64,000 nt of DNA from a virus. The position numbers and the translations under genes were made by a program. Where the stretch lies: IMG/VR virus record IMGVR_UViG_3300042090_002485, positions 32,001-96,000 of that record. One strand, written 5' to 3'. The first letter of the stretch is position 1, and every line of letters starts with the position of its first letter. Positions 33,795-42,945 of this stretch are shown one piece after another. The notes beneath the pieces are model-generated. The model had not been told where the DNA came from. It was given only the letters and a program-made list of their open reading frames with translations, and ran no database searches.

Positions 33795-33953
33795 ATGGAG
33801 AAGTACGGCGTCGACGTTGATCCGGCCGCGGTCAAGCAGGCTTCCCAGGAGCCCGTCCAGGCATGCCCGTCCTGCCAAACGCCTCTCCGAACCGGCACCA
33901 ACGTGCCAACATGTCCAAAGTGCGGAACGCGCCCGTACGAGCAAAGCGAATGA
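33795..33953 (+). CDS. Zinc-ribbon microprotein of 52 aa (missing from the ORF track)
   Basis: MEKYGVDVDPAAVKQASQEPVQACPSCQTPLRTGTNVPTCPKCGTRPYEQSE; ATGA overlap with the next gene. Confidence 0.65.
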   Translation: MEKYGVDVDPAAVKQASQEPVQACPSCQTPLRTGTNVPTCPKCGTRPYEQSE

Positions 33954-34192
33954 GCCGCCGCCGCGGTGCACGCAGCGGCGTTGCGCTGCGCGTTGCTACG
34001 GACATCGCGTCGCGCTATCGCGACATCAAGGCCGCGTGGCTCGCGGTTCACAACGACCCGACCCGTTCGGTCGACTCCCTCGCCGCCGAGTTCTTCTTCA
34101 TGGTCGGCGACATCATGGAGGGCCGTCCCCTCCGCACGCTCAAGTTCACCAACATCAACCGCGACCGCGCCCTCGCGCACGCGGAGGAGTGA
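33950..34192 (+). CDS. Hypothetical protein (80 aa)
   Basis: Start MSRRRG coupled to the previous stop. Confidence 0.5.
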   Translation: MSRRRGARSGVALRVATDIASRYRDIKAAWLAVHNDPTRSVDSLAAEFFFMVGDIMEGRPLRTLKFTNINRDRALAHAEE

Positions 34193-34197
34193 TCTAC

Positions 34198-34350
34198 ATG
34201 CGTACTGTCACGTCGGCGCGCCTTCGTGCCGTCGGTTTCCTATTGGTTGAGGCCGCCGGCCTCGCCATCCTGCTGTGGGACCGCGTCGGCAAGGACGCGC
34301 CCGTTCGCGCGGCCGTACTCGGCTTCGTTCGTCGCTTGAGGGCGATCTGA
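34198..34350 (+). CDS. Small hydrophobic protein (50 aa)
   Basis: MRTVTSARLRAVGFLLVEAAGLAILLWDR...; GGAG SD. Confidence 0.4.
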   Translation: MRTVTSARLRAVGFLLVEAAGLAILLWDRVGKDAPVRAAVLGFVRRLRAI

Positions 34351-34865
34351 TGACGGTCAAGACGCTCGACGAGCTAGCTGAGATCGACACGGACGAGACG
34401 TTCGACTTGCCGCTGCCGCTCACGGTCACGTTCACGCTGACCGAACACACGTCGCCGGGCGCGTTCAAGAACCTCGCGACGCTCAAGCGCCTCGGCATCG
34501 ACCTGGGCGAGGCCTTGATGTCGGTGCTTGCGGTCGCGCCGGTCGACCCGATCAACCTGGCACGGACGCTCCTTCAGCACGACCCGAGCACTTGGAAGTT
34601 CGCGCCGCACGACTGCGCGTTCGTGCGCGTGCTGGCGCGGGCGCCGGACAAGAGCGTCGCGGCTGCGCTGCGCGTCGACCTCATCGGCGGCGACCTTGTC
34701 ACGCTCGTGCAGAACCGGGCGAGGCAGCTGACCATGTACGAGACGCTCGCTATCGAGCCAGGCCCGGACGTTGAGAAGAAGATCCAGGCGCTGTGCGACC
34801 GTGCCGTTGCGGCCGCCGCACGTGAGAGCAAGCCGCCCGTAACATCAAAAGGTTCCGAAACATGA
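34350..34865 (+). CDS. Hypothetical protein (171 aa)
   Basis: Start MTVKTLDE overlaps the previous stop. Confidence 0.5.
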   Translation: MTVKTLDELAEIDTDETFDLPLPLTVTFTLTEHTSPGAFKNLATLKRLGIDLGEALMSVLAVAPVDPINLARTLLQHDPSTWKFAPHDCAFVRVLARAPDKSVAAALRVDLIGGDLVTLVQNRARQLTMYETLAIEPGPDVEKKIQALCDRAVAAAARESKPPVTSKGSET

Positions 34866-35248
34866 ATCGCAACAAGCACACCTTTCAGTTCAGCGGCTCC
34901 GCCATCGCGGAGGCTGCTGGGCGCGAGGCCGAGTACCACGGCGTTCGCTTGGCGTGGTGGACCGCCGAACAAGACAAGGCGACCCGCGCAGCGAAAGAGA
35001 AGGGCATCGAGATCCGTGAGTACGATGTCACGGGCGGCAAGCGTGCCGAGATGGTGATCGACGCGACGCTGCAGGGGCGTCTCACCGAGTGCGCGAACAA
35101 GATCTACGCACACCGTAAGGCAGCCGAACAGTTCCGCATCGAGGCAGGTGCGTACGCCGCTAACCCGACACGTGTTTACGAACTAGACCCAGAGGATGTC
35201 GTCTACTTTCGCTTGGCGGGCCTCTCGGCCAGTCAGCGCGAGGACTAG
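34862..35248 (+). CDS. Hypothetical protein (128 aa)
   Basis: ATGA overlap; normal composition. Confidence 0.55.
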   Translation: MNRNKHTFQFSGSAIAEAAGREAEYHGVRLAWWTAEQDKATRAAKEKGIEIREYDVTGGKRAEMVIDATLQGRLTECANKIYAHRKAAEQFRIEAGAYAANPTRVYELDPEDVVYFRLAGLSASQRED

Positions 35249-36333
35249 CTGCCCATCGCCGCGAACACGGACATCGGTTCGATGACCATGCCGACATGCG
35301 AGTGCAGTTCGCCGCGGAGCCGGCGCATCGCCTCAGCTTGAATGCGACGGACACGCTCGGGCGGCAGCGCCATCGTGCGCGCCACGTCGTCGGGGGCAAC
35401 TAGTTCCCCCTCAGGCCCAAAGCTGCGCTCGATCACGGTGCGCTCGAGCAGCGGCAAGCTCGTCACCGCCCCCATCACCAATTCGCGGTGGAGCAGGCGC
35501 ATGCCCGAGACCTTGAGCTGGCGGACACGCTCGGAGCACATCTCCATCATCGACGCGATCTGCACCAGGTTGCGGGCCTCGTCCTTGACGCCGAAGCACA
35601 AGTTCAGGACGGTCTGCTCACGGATGGGCAGGCGCGCGATGGCCTCGCGGACCAGTCCGCGGAGGCGTTCGGCGTCGTAGCTTGCGGTCGGTTCGGCCTC
35701 GGGCAACTCGGGCGTGTTACGCGCTGCGTCGATCGGCGTTACGACGCCCTGCGGCAAGCCAGGTTCGCTGGCCGCCTCGAGCAGGCGGATCTGCTTCTCG
35801 ATGCGCTCGAGCGCTGGGCCCTTGGCGGCCTGAGCACGCTCGCGTAGCTTGGCGAGCTTGGCGTCGGCGTTCTCGGCGTGCTCGGCCACCTTCTCGGGGC
35901 CGTGCTCCTGTAACGCGGCGCGATGCTCGCGGGCTTGTCGGCGCTGCAGTTTGTGCTTGTGTGCTGGAACGTGGACCAGCGACGCCATTGTGTAGTCCTG
36001 GTTCGACATCTCCTCGTAGATCCACCAGCCGGCGTAGGTCAGGAAGCGGATGTATGGTTTGCGGTTGGTGTCGAACTTGTCGGCCGCTTTGAGGAGGCCC
36101 AGATTGCCCGCGGCGATGTAATCCTTCACCGCCTCGGGGTCCTTGGTCCGCTTGTGCGCCATCTTCACGACGAAGCGAAGGTGCGTCTTCACGATGGCGT
36201 CTCGCGCAGCGACGTCCTTCCGCAGCTGCCACCGGCGCAGGAGCTTGCGCTCTTCTCCAGGGTCATCCACGAGCGGCGCTCGGGCGATTTCGGCGTAATA
36301 CGCGGCCGATACGCGCTGTGCGTCATTGCCCAT
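35245..36333 (-). CDS. Sigma70-family RNA polymerase sigma factor with tandem duplicated region 4
   Basis: Region 2: ARDAIVKTHLRFVVKMA...GNLGLLKAADKFD...FLTYAGWWI. Two region-4 units: LPIREQTVL...SERVRQL and LPLLERTVI...PERVRRI. Confidence 0.85.
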   Translation of the reverse strand: MGNDAQRVSAAYYAEIARAPLVDDPGEERKLLRRWQLRKDVAARDAIVKTHLRFVVKMAHKRTKDPEAVKDYIAAGNLGLLKAADKFDTNRKPYIRFLTYAGWWIYEEMSNQDYTMASLVHVPAHKHKLQRRQAREHRAALQEHGPEKVAEHAENADAKLAKLRERAQAAKGPALERIEKQIRLLEAASEPGLPQGVVTPIDAARNTPELPEAEPTASYDAERLRGLVREAIARLPIREQTVLNLCFGVKDEARNLVQIASMMEMCSERVRQLKVSGMRLLHRELVMGAVTSLPLLERTVIERSFGPEGELVAPDDVARTMALPPERVRRIQAEAMRRLRGELHSHVGMVIEPMSVFAAMGS

Positions 36334-36513
36334 GCCTGGTCACAAGCTACCCCGGCACGGACGAGCAATCAAATAGTTCGATGGGGTTCTAGTGGTGGTC
36401 GTTCGATCCCCAGCCGCCCCTAGGGTCACGAAACTTTCAGGCGATGCTTGCCAAGCAAACATCGTCGTCGATAGGGTGGCCTTCCACCCATCATCATACA
36501 AAGGCATTTTGAC

Positions 36514-37563
36514 ATGAACGATACCGACACCACCGAGTCCCCCGAGACGCCCGAGACCACCGTTCTGGCAGCCCCCGCCGAGGTCAAGCCGGTCAAGGTC
36601 AAGCCGATCAAGCCTCACATGGGCTTGGCCGCAGCGCAGGCCGACCCGGTCGACCTCGAGAACGCCATCGTCACGCGCCGCGACAAGCTGTTCAGCCTCG
36701 CGGACGATCAGACGCTCCCCGAGCCGGTCCGCAAGGCGGTCGCGGACCTCGCGCGCGCGGCGTCGCCGACCAAGCCCGGCCTCGAGGAAGTGTTCACCTC
36801 TTGGAGGGCGCCGCGCCTGGTGATCCGCCAGCCGACCACGCGGTCGGAGGCGTGCCCGGACTCGGCGAAGAACGGCGACTTCTACTCGACCGCCGGCGAG
36901 ATCGTCACCAACCCGCTCGAGGTCATTCCGCTCTACTTCCACGAGGAGAACATCAACTTCGCCGACAACCAGAAGAACCCGATCTGCTCGTCGCCCGACG
37001 CCAAGCTGGGTTCGCCGTTCGGCGAGTGCCTGAAGTGCCCGCACCTGCCGTTCGGCAAGCAGAACAACGGCAAGGGTGACCAGGTGCAGACCCAGTGCAT
37101 CAACAACGGCGTATGCGTCGCGCTGACGGCTGACCTATCGCAGGTCTACGTCATCCAGTTCGGCAAGACGTCGCGCAGCGCTGGGCACCGACTGCTCCAG
37201 CTCGCCGGTGCCAAGACGCTGGTGTGGGCGCAGAGCTACAAGCTCAGCACCGAGAAGAAAACCAACGACTCGGGCATGTGGTGGTTCTACAAGGTCGCGG
37301 CGACTGGCACGAACACGCCGGCGCACGTCGGCAAGCTCGCCGAAGCGCTGTACTCGCTGTACGTCGCCGAGCGCCGGCTGATGCTGCACCACCACTACAG
37401 CCGCCCGGCGCAGGCGCCGCAGGCTGCGATCGAGGCGGAGGGCGAGTTCGCCGCCGGCGCGATCGAGGCCGGCCTCGCGGGTGAGGTGGGCATGGAGCCC
37501 AACTTCGACGAGGCGGCGCCCGCGAAGGCGCCGAGCGCGCGCGGCGCCAGCAAGCCGATGTAG
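36514..37563 (+). CDS. Putative single-stranded DNA-binding protein
   Basis: First gene of the replication cluster. Cys-containing core (CSSPD...CLKC...CINN), aromatic WWFY and an acidic C-terminal tail. Confidence 0.45.
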   Translation: MNDTDTTESPETPETTVLAAPAEVKPVKVKPIKPHMGLAAAQADPVDLENAIVTRRDKLFSLADDQTLPEPVRKAVADLARAASPTKPGLEEVFTSWRAPRLVIRQPTTRSEACPDSAKNGDFYSTAGEIVTNPLEVIPLYFHEENINFADNQKNPICSSPDAKLGSPFGECLKCPHLPFGKQNNGKGDQVQTQCINNGVCVALTADLSQVYVIQFGKTSRSAGHRLLQLAGAKTLVWAQSYKLSTEKKTNDSGMWWFYKVAATGTNTPAHVGKLAEALYSLYVAERRLMLHHHYSRPAQAPQAAIEAEGEFAAGAIEAGLAGEVGMEPNFDEAAPAKAPSARGASKPM

Positions 37564-37752
37564 CTGCCGCGCGCTTGTGCGCGAACACGCGAGACCAAGG
37601 AAACGTAGAGCCTGGGGATAAAGCGAGGGGCAGGTCGCTCCTGCACCGTTTGAGCAAAACAGGTCGATTGGTCGACGCCCCGAACAAACGTGACAGCTCG
37701 GAGAGACGGCACTTTCTTTTTTGGCCGCGGGTGCGGCGGCCTGAGGTAGTCG

Positions 37753-38574
37753 ATGCCCTCCTTCACGGTCACGCCGCTCGCCCGCAAGTTCGGCCCTTGG
37801 TCGTTCTCCAAGATGGAGACGGCCGAGTCGTGCCCGGCTCAGTTTGGGCACAAACACGTGACCAAGACGGCCGCGGCGCCGGCGCCGTCGGACACCAAGG
37901 TCGGCATCGTCGCGCACGCTATCCTGGAGCGCCGCATCAAGGGCGAGCAGGACAAGGACGCACGTCGCGCCGCCATCGAGAAGGACCCGCTCACCACACA
38001 GGAGCAGGACTCGCTCAGGACGCTCGGCGAGGCGATGGACGAGTTCCTCAAGCGCTTCGACGTGTTCTGCAAGCGTGAAGGCGTCACCCGCGTGTTGTGC
38101 GAAGAGGACTGGGGCTTCACCGAGACCTACGGCAAGACCGGCTTCTTCGACAAGGATGTCTTCTTCCGCGGCAAGCTCGACCTCGGCGCCATCACGCGCG
38201 ACAACGACCTCTACCTGATCGATCACAAGTCGGGACGGGCCAAGCCCCTCGACCGCGACCAGAAGAAGCGGCAGCAGCTCCAGGCCTACGCGGTGCTCGC
38301 CCTCGCGAACCTGCCCGACGTCGCGGGCGTGCGTGGCGGCATCAACTTCTTGCAGGGCGACGAGAACCTCCGCCTCCAGTTCAACACCTACACCCCGGCT
38401 GACCGCGTGCGTGCGGTGTTCGCGCCGTGGTTGTACATGCGGATCAACGCGGCCGCCGAGAACCTTGAGGGACCCCTCGAGGCCCGTCCGGCGACGCGAT
38501 GGCCTTGCGCTTGGTGCCAGTACCAGGCGGTGTGTGAGCCCTACAAGAGGATGATCGCCAATGCCGAAGTTTAA
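37753..38574 (+). CDS. Second PD-(D/E)XK nuclease, RecB/Cas4-like
   Basis: WSFSK...SCPAQF, FRGKLDL, LIDHKSG, QLQAYA and CAWCQYQAVC. Confidence 0.8.
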   Translation: MPSFTVTPLARKFGPWSFSKMETAESCPAQFGHKHVTKTAAAPAPSDTKVGIVAHAILERRIKGEQDKDARRAAIEKDPLTTQEQDSLRTLGEAMDEFLKRFDVFCKREGVTRVLCEEDWGFTETYGKTGFFDKDVFFRGKLDLGAITRDNDLYLIDHKSGRAKPLDRDQKKRQQLQAYAVLALANLPDVAGVRGGINFLQGDENLRLQFNTYTPADRVRAVFAPWLYMRINAAAENLEGPLEARPATRWPCAWCQYQAVCEPYKRMIANAEV

Positions 38575-41500
38575 GAAGCCCCTCGACGCCAAGGACGCCC
38601 TCAATCGACTCGATCGCATCTGGAACGACGTCGACCTGACGGCGTGGGCGGCATGGCTCGCCGAGGTCAAGCCCGACGCGCGGTTCTTCACGTCTGGTCC
38701 GCACGTCAAGGGTCGCTGCCCGTTCCACGGCGACACCGACCCGTCGTTCGTGGTCACGCCGGGCAAGGCCATCGCACGCTGCTTCGGTTGCCACCGCGCG
38801 TTCTGGAATCCGATCCACCTCGTCGCCGAGCTGAACGGCACGAGCTGGGCGGAGGCGTTGCTGTTCATGAAGAAGCGGTGGGGCCTGTCCGCCGCGATCC
38901 CCAAGGCGCTGTACGAGACGTTCAAGGAGCGCGAGGAGTACGCCAAGCTCAAGGAGAAGCTCATGCGGTATTTCGCCGAGCTGCTCCACGAGTGCCTGTC
39001 GTCGTATGCGCGCAAGTCGCTCGATGCCGACGGCAAGAACTGGTCGCGGCCGACCGTCGAGTACTTGCTCGACCGCCGGCTCGGCGAGAACGGGCTCAGC
39101 GAGCTGGTCGCGCCCGGCCAGGAAAGCAACGGCGAGTTCGATCAGTACGGCGTGCTGATGACAATGATCAACACGCACGCGCTCATCGGCATTCTGCCGT
39201 CGCTGGGCGACGTCCGCGCCAAGTTCGGCGACGGCTCGGAGGAAGCCAAGTTCTTCGAGAGCTACTTCGCCGACTACATCAACGGCGCGCAGTACATCGG
39301 CTACCTCGTGTTCCCGTACGACGACTCGCCGACGACGCTGTGCCGGTTCAAGATGCGCGAGCCCATGAAACCCTGCAAGAAGCAGGTGTGGGTCAAGGAC
39401 AAGTACGAAGACGAGAACAACGCGTTCCACGGGTTCTACGGGCTGCGCTACTACCGCACCTACCTGACGCTCCAGGAGCACGGTGACAACGGACCCGAGA
39501 AGGGGTTCCCCGCGTACCTCACCGAGGGCGAGTTCGACGCGCTCTCGGCGATCGCGCAGCAGATCCGCCGGTCCAACGACGATTACATGGCGCTCGGCAT
39601 GAGCGGCGGCGGCGCACAAGGCTTGGACTGGTTCGCCAAACTCAACGTCCTACGCATCAGGTTCCTCCAGGACCGCGACCACGGCGGCAACAAGTTCATC
39701 AAGCAGGTGCTCGAGAAGACCCACAAGAAGGTCTTCGGCGTTCGCGTGTTCAACTGGCCGGACGAGTACGTGGATTGGAAGGACCCCAAGCGGCCCGACG
39801 CGCGGATCAAGGACGTCGACGACGCCATCCGCGAGGTCGGCTACAAGCGCTGGGTCCGCTACGTCACGAACGACGATATGTACGACGCGGTCGAGAAGTG
39901 GACCTACGACCGGGCCTCCGACGCGATCGAACAGCTCCACGTCCGCGACGTCGCGTCGATCAACCGGACGGCCAAGGAGTTCGGTGCGCTGCTGCGCGAC
40001 GAACAGGTCTGCCGCGCGTTCTGCACGATGGTGGCCGACGGCTTTGGTCTCGACGGCGCGATCCTTCACCGCGACATCTTCGTCAAGGAGGACAACGAGG
40101 TCGAGTTCACCAAACGGATTCATGCCGCGGTGCTCGAGCACTGGCATCCCATCGGCATCCAGAATGCGGAGGGCCGCAAGCGCCTGCTGCTGATGTGGCA
40201 CAAGACGTCGAAGACGACGTCGTCGGTTGTGCTTGGCGACGAGCGCGCGGCCGAGACATTCGTCGCGCCGCACTTCGGGCCGATCTACGACTTCATCGCT
40301 GCCACGGTCAGCGACGCGATGTTCCTGGTCGGCGACGATACCGACCTCGAGCCGGCCTTCAACGTTACCTCCCGCGCGAAGCGGTACTGCGAGTACTTGA
40401 AAAACGCGCTGCTCATCGCAGCGAAGGGGCTCCCGTCAATGGACCACGCTCCCACGCGCGCCCAGGGCGTGCACATGGCCCGTCACGCGGGCGACCAGAT
40501 GCTGTCGTACATGATCAACGGCCGCGACGTCTACGTGCTCAAGCACGACGGGCCCGCGTTCACGGCGACCGCGCTGGACGGACCGAGCCATGAGGGCTTC
40601 GTGTTCCAGAACACCGGCAAGACGTGGATCGAGTCGGTCACCAAGGCTGAGGATCTGCTCGCTGACGTTGACCTGGTGGCCCTGTTCCATCGCGTCCGCG
40701 ACATGATCGACTCAGGGTGGACGTTCCGCTACCAGCAGCTCGACTGCATGTTCCTGGCGGCCTACGTCATGAGCCTCGCCGTGATGACCGTGTTCACACG
40801 GCAGACCGCCGTCATCCTCAACGCCGAACACCAGGCCGGCAAGAGCCGGTTCACGTCCGGCTTCGTCGGCGGCACCGGCTTCGGCCGCATCAATGTCGTC
40901 GCGCACGCGCTCGCGATGCAGGGCTATACCGCCGCGTCGATCCGCCAGCAGCACAGCGACACCAGCCTGTGCCTGTGCCTGGAGGAGTTCGAGGACTACG
41001 GCGGCAACGACGCCAAGTCGATCGCGGTGCGCAAGGTACTCGAGCTGACACGCGACCTGATCTCGGAGAACGCGGTGAACTGGTCGATCGGCACGGCCAC
41101 CGGCGAGAGTCGGACCTACCGCCTGCGGTTTCCGCTGATGACGTGCGCCATCCGGCCGCTGCGCGACGCGGCGTCGCTGTCGCGGTTCATCCGTTTCGAG
41201 CTGGTCAAGGACGACGCTCGCATCGACCCGGTCGACGCGCTGGTCGGCAAGTTCGGCGAGGACCTGATCAAGAAGACCCGCCACGACATGTTCGTGGGCG
41301 TGCTCCGCCACATGTTGACGCTGCGCAAGACCCAGAGCGAGGTCGGGACGGAGTACTCGTCCAACACGATCCTGCCCGCCCACGCGTCGTCGCGGTTCCG
41401 CGAGGCGCTCGTGCCTATCCTCAGCATCCTGCGCTTCATCGGTGAGCTGGCGGTCGCGTCGGGGCGGCCGGAGCTGGCGCCGGACTACAAGAAGTTCGCG

Positions 41501-42064
41501 TACGACTTCGCCGAGACGCGCCGCGAGCAGCTCGCGCAGCTCAAGAGCACCGCCCAAGACGAACAGGTGTTCGAGGCCGTGATCAGCTCGACATTCCAGG
41601 TCGCCAACGTCGGTGACAAGAACACGCTGACCGGCACCAAGTCGCTACGCCAGATGTTCCTCGACCTGAACCAGCTCGAGGACATCAACAAGACGATGCA
41701 GGGCGTCTACATCGACACGAAGATGGAGTGGCTGGTGGTCAGCTGGTACGAGGCTCAGAACGGCGTCCTGTCGCAGTCGATGTTTCGCAACACGCCGCCG
41801 ACGTGGCTCCGCGACGTCGCCCAGCGCTCGCCGTTCCACGTCCCTGCCGAGGAAGTCAAGAACGCCCGTGTGCTCGAGCGGCTGATGAATGTGATGGGCC
41901 CGGCGCAGAACCCCGACATGATCTCGGTGTTCTCGGTCAAGCACATGCTCGACATCGTGCGGGCGCACCGCGACGCGGCGATGAAGAAGTCGGAGACGCC
42001 GGTGGACGAGGCCAAGGAGATCGACCCGAACAAGGTCCAGGGCGATGAGGACATCATCGTATGA
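38561..42064 (+). CDS. DnaG-type primase fused to a putative helicase (1167 aa)
   Basis: CHC2 finger (GRCPFHGDTDPSF...CFGC), TOPRIM (LTEGEFDALS, QDRDHGG), and a P-loop-like AEHQAGKS with LCLEEFE. Confidence 0.8.
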   Translation: MPKFKKPLDAKDALNRLDRIWNDVDLTAWAAWLAEVKPDARFFTSGPHVKGRCPFHGDTDPSFVVTPGKAIARCFGCHRAFWNPIHLVAELNGTSWAEALLFMKKRWGLSAAIPKALYETFKEREEYAKLKEKLMRYFAELLHECLSSYARKSLDADGKNWSRPTVEYLLDRRLGENGLSELVAPGQESNGEFDQYGVLMTMINTHALIGILPSLGDVRAKFGDGSEEAKFFESYFADYINGAQYIGYLVFPYDDSPTTLCRFKMREPMKPCKKQVWVKDKYEDENNAFHGFYGLRYYRTYLTLQEHGDNGPEKGFPAYLTEGEFDALSAIAQQIRRSNDDYMALGMSGGGAQGLDWFAKLNVLRIRFLQDRDHGGNKFIKQVLEKTHKKVFGVRVFNWPDEYVDWKDPKRPDARIKDVDDAIREVGYKRWVRYVTNDDMYDAVEKWTYDRASDAIEQLHVRDVASINRTAKEFGALLRDEQVCRAFCTMVADGFGLDGAILHRDIFVKEDNEVEFTKRIHAAVLEHWHPIGIQNAEGRKRLLLMWHKTSKTTSSVVLGDERAAETFVAPHFGPIYDFIAATVSDAMFLVGDDTDLEPAFNVTSRAKRYCEYLKNALLIAAKGLPSMDHAPTRAQGVHMARHAGDQMLSYMINGRDVYVLKHDGPAFTATALDGPSHEGFVFQNTGKTWIESVTKAEDLLADVDLVALFHRVRDMIDSGWTFRYQQLDCMFLAAYVMSLAVMTVFTRQTAVILNAEHQAGKSRFTSGFVGGTGFGRINVVAHALAMQGYTAASIRQQHSDTSLCLCLEEFEDYGGNDAKSIAVRKVLELTRDLISENAVNWSIGTATGESRTYRLRFPLMTCAIRPLRDAASLSRFIRFELVKDDARIDPVDALVGKFGEDLIKKTRHDMFVGVLRHMLTLRKTQSEVGTEYSSNTILPAHASSRFREALVPILSILRFIGELAVASGRPELAPDYKKFAYDFAETRREQLAQLKSTAQDEQVFEAVISSTFQVANVGDKNTLTGTKSLRQMFLDLNQLEDINKTMQGVYIDTKMEWLVVSWYEAQNGVLSQSMFRNTPPTWLRDVAQRSPFHVPAEEVKNARVLERLMNVMGPAQNPDMISVFSVKHMLDIVRAHRDAAMKKSETPVDEAKEIDPNKVQGDEDIIV

Positions 42065-42915
42065 AGGGCGACGGCGGCAGCTTCGTCCACTACGATAATG
42101 ACGGTTCGGAGCCTGTCTACAACGCTTTTGGTCGGAAGCAGGGTACCTATGGCAAGTGGCAGGACCCTGATGTTCCTGGTGTAGGTTGGTCATGGGACGA
42201 CTGGCAGGACCTTGGGGAGCAAAACGCGCTGTGCACGATGTGCGAACACGTTGAGCACAGATATGAGTTTACGATGCGGCACCCGGGCTACCCAGACGTG
42301 TTGTACGTCGGAAAGTATTGCGCGGGTTGGATGTTGGGCGATGTCGACCTAGGCCCTGCAATCGAACAGTGGGCTCTCAGCGAACTCGGAAAGTGGCAAA
42401 CGAAGTGTCGCAAGGTTGAAGAGGCGCGCGCCGCCTACAAGAAGAAGATGAACGATGTGTACTTGACCGCGCAGGAGCGTGTTGCCCGAGAACGTAAGGA
42501 ATTGCCCTGGGAGCAGCGCACCAACGGTAACTGGGCGTCGTACGCGCGTTATTACGACCTACTGATCTACAAGGAGCGCAACGGAACGCGGTGGGGGTAC
42601 AGGATTCAACGCATGGGCGTGAAAGAGTGGAGCAAGGTCTTGTATCCGACCGTGAAAGCGGCTGCGACCGCGTGCAAGCAGGCCTTCATCCCAGACCCAG
42701 AACCACTCGAATCGGATGTCGAGGTCGCCAAGCGGTTCCCCATGCCCGAGAAGCCGATGTTCAACCAGAAAACGTGGGGTGACTTCGCGAAGAACAACCC
42801 AGACCGGGTTGCTGAAATGAAAGCGCAATCCCTCCGCCGGCGGCGGAAGAAGAACATCCCGGACAATCCCGTTCGTCACTTCTTGCGAGATCTCATCAAA
42901 GACGACGATCACTAA
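42061..42915 (+). CDS. Hypothetical lower-GC protein with Cys/His motif, inserted between primase and polymerase
   Basis: CTMC.H...H...VGKYC; visibly more AT-rich codons; ATGA overlap. Confidence 0.6.
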   Translation: MKGDGGSFVHYDNDGSEPVYNAFGRKQGTYGKWQDPDVPGVGWSWDDWQDLGEQNALCTMCEHVEHRYEFTMRHPGYPDVLYVGKYCAGWMLGDVDLGPAIEQWALSELGKWQTKCRKVEEARAAYKKKMNDVYLTAQERVARERKELPWEQRTNGNWASYARYYDLLIYKERNGTRWGYRIQRMGVKEWSKVLYPTVKAAATACKQAFIPDPEPLESDVEVAKRFPMPEKPMFNQKTWGDFAKNNPDRVAEMKAQSLRRRRKKNIPDNPVRHFLRDLIKDDDH

Positions 42916-42945
42916 CCGATGTTTGTGGCATAAACACAAGACCCG

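Noticed and set aside
36376-36411. GTTCGAT...GTTCGATCCCC resembling a tRNA T-arm
   Set aside because: No cloverleaf, D-arm or anticodon arm could be built.
32439-38574. CRISPR-Cas system suggested by Cas4-like genes
   Set aside because: No repeat-spacer array and no cas1, cas2 or effector genes in the window.
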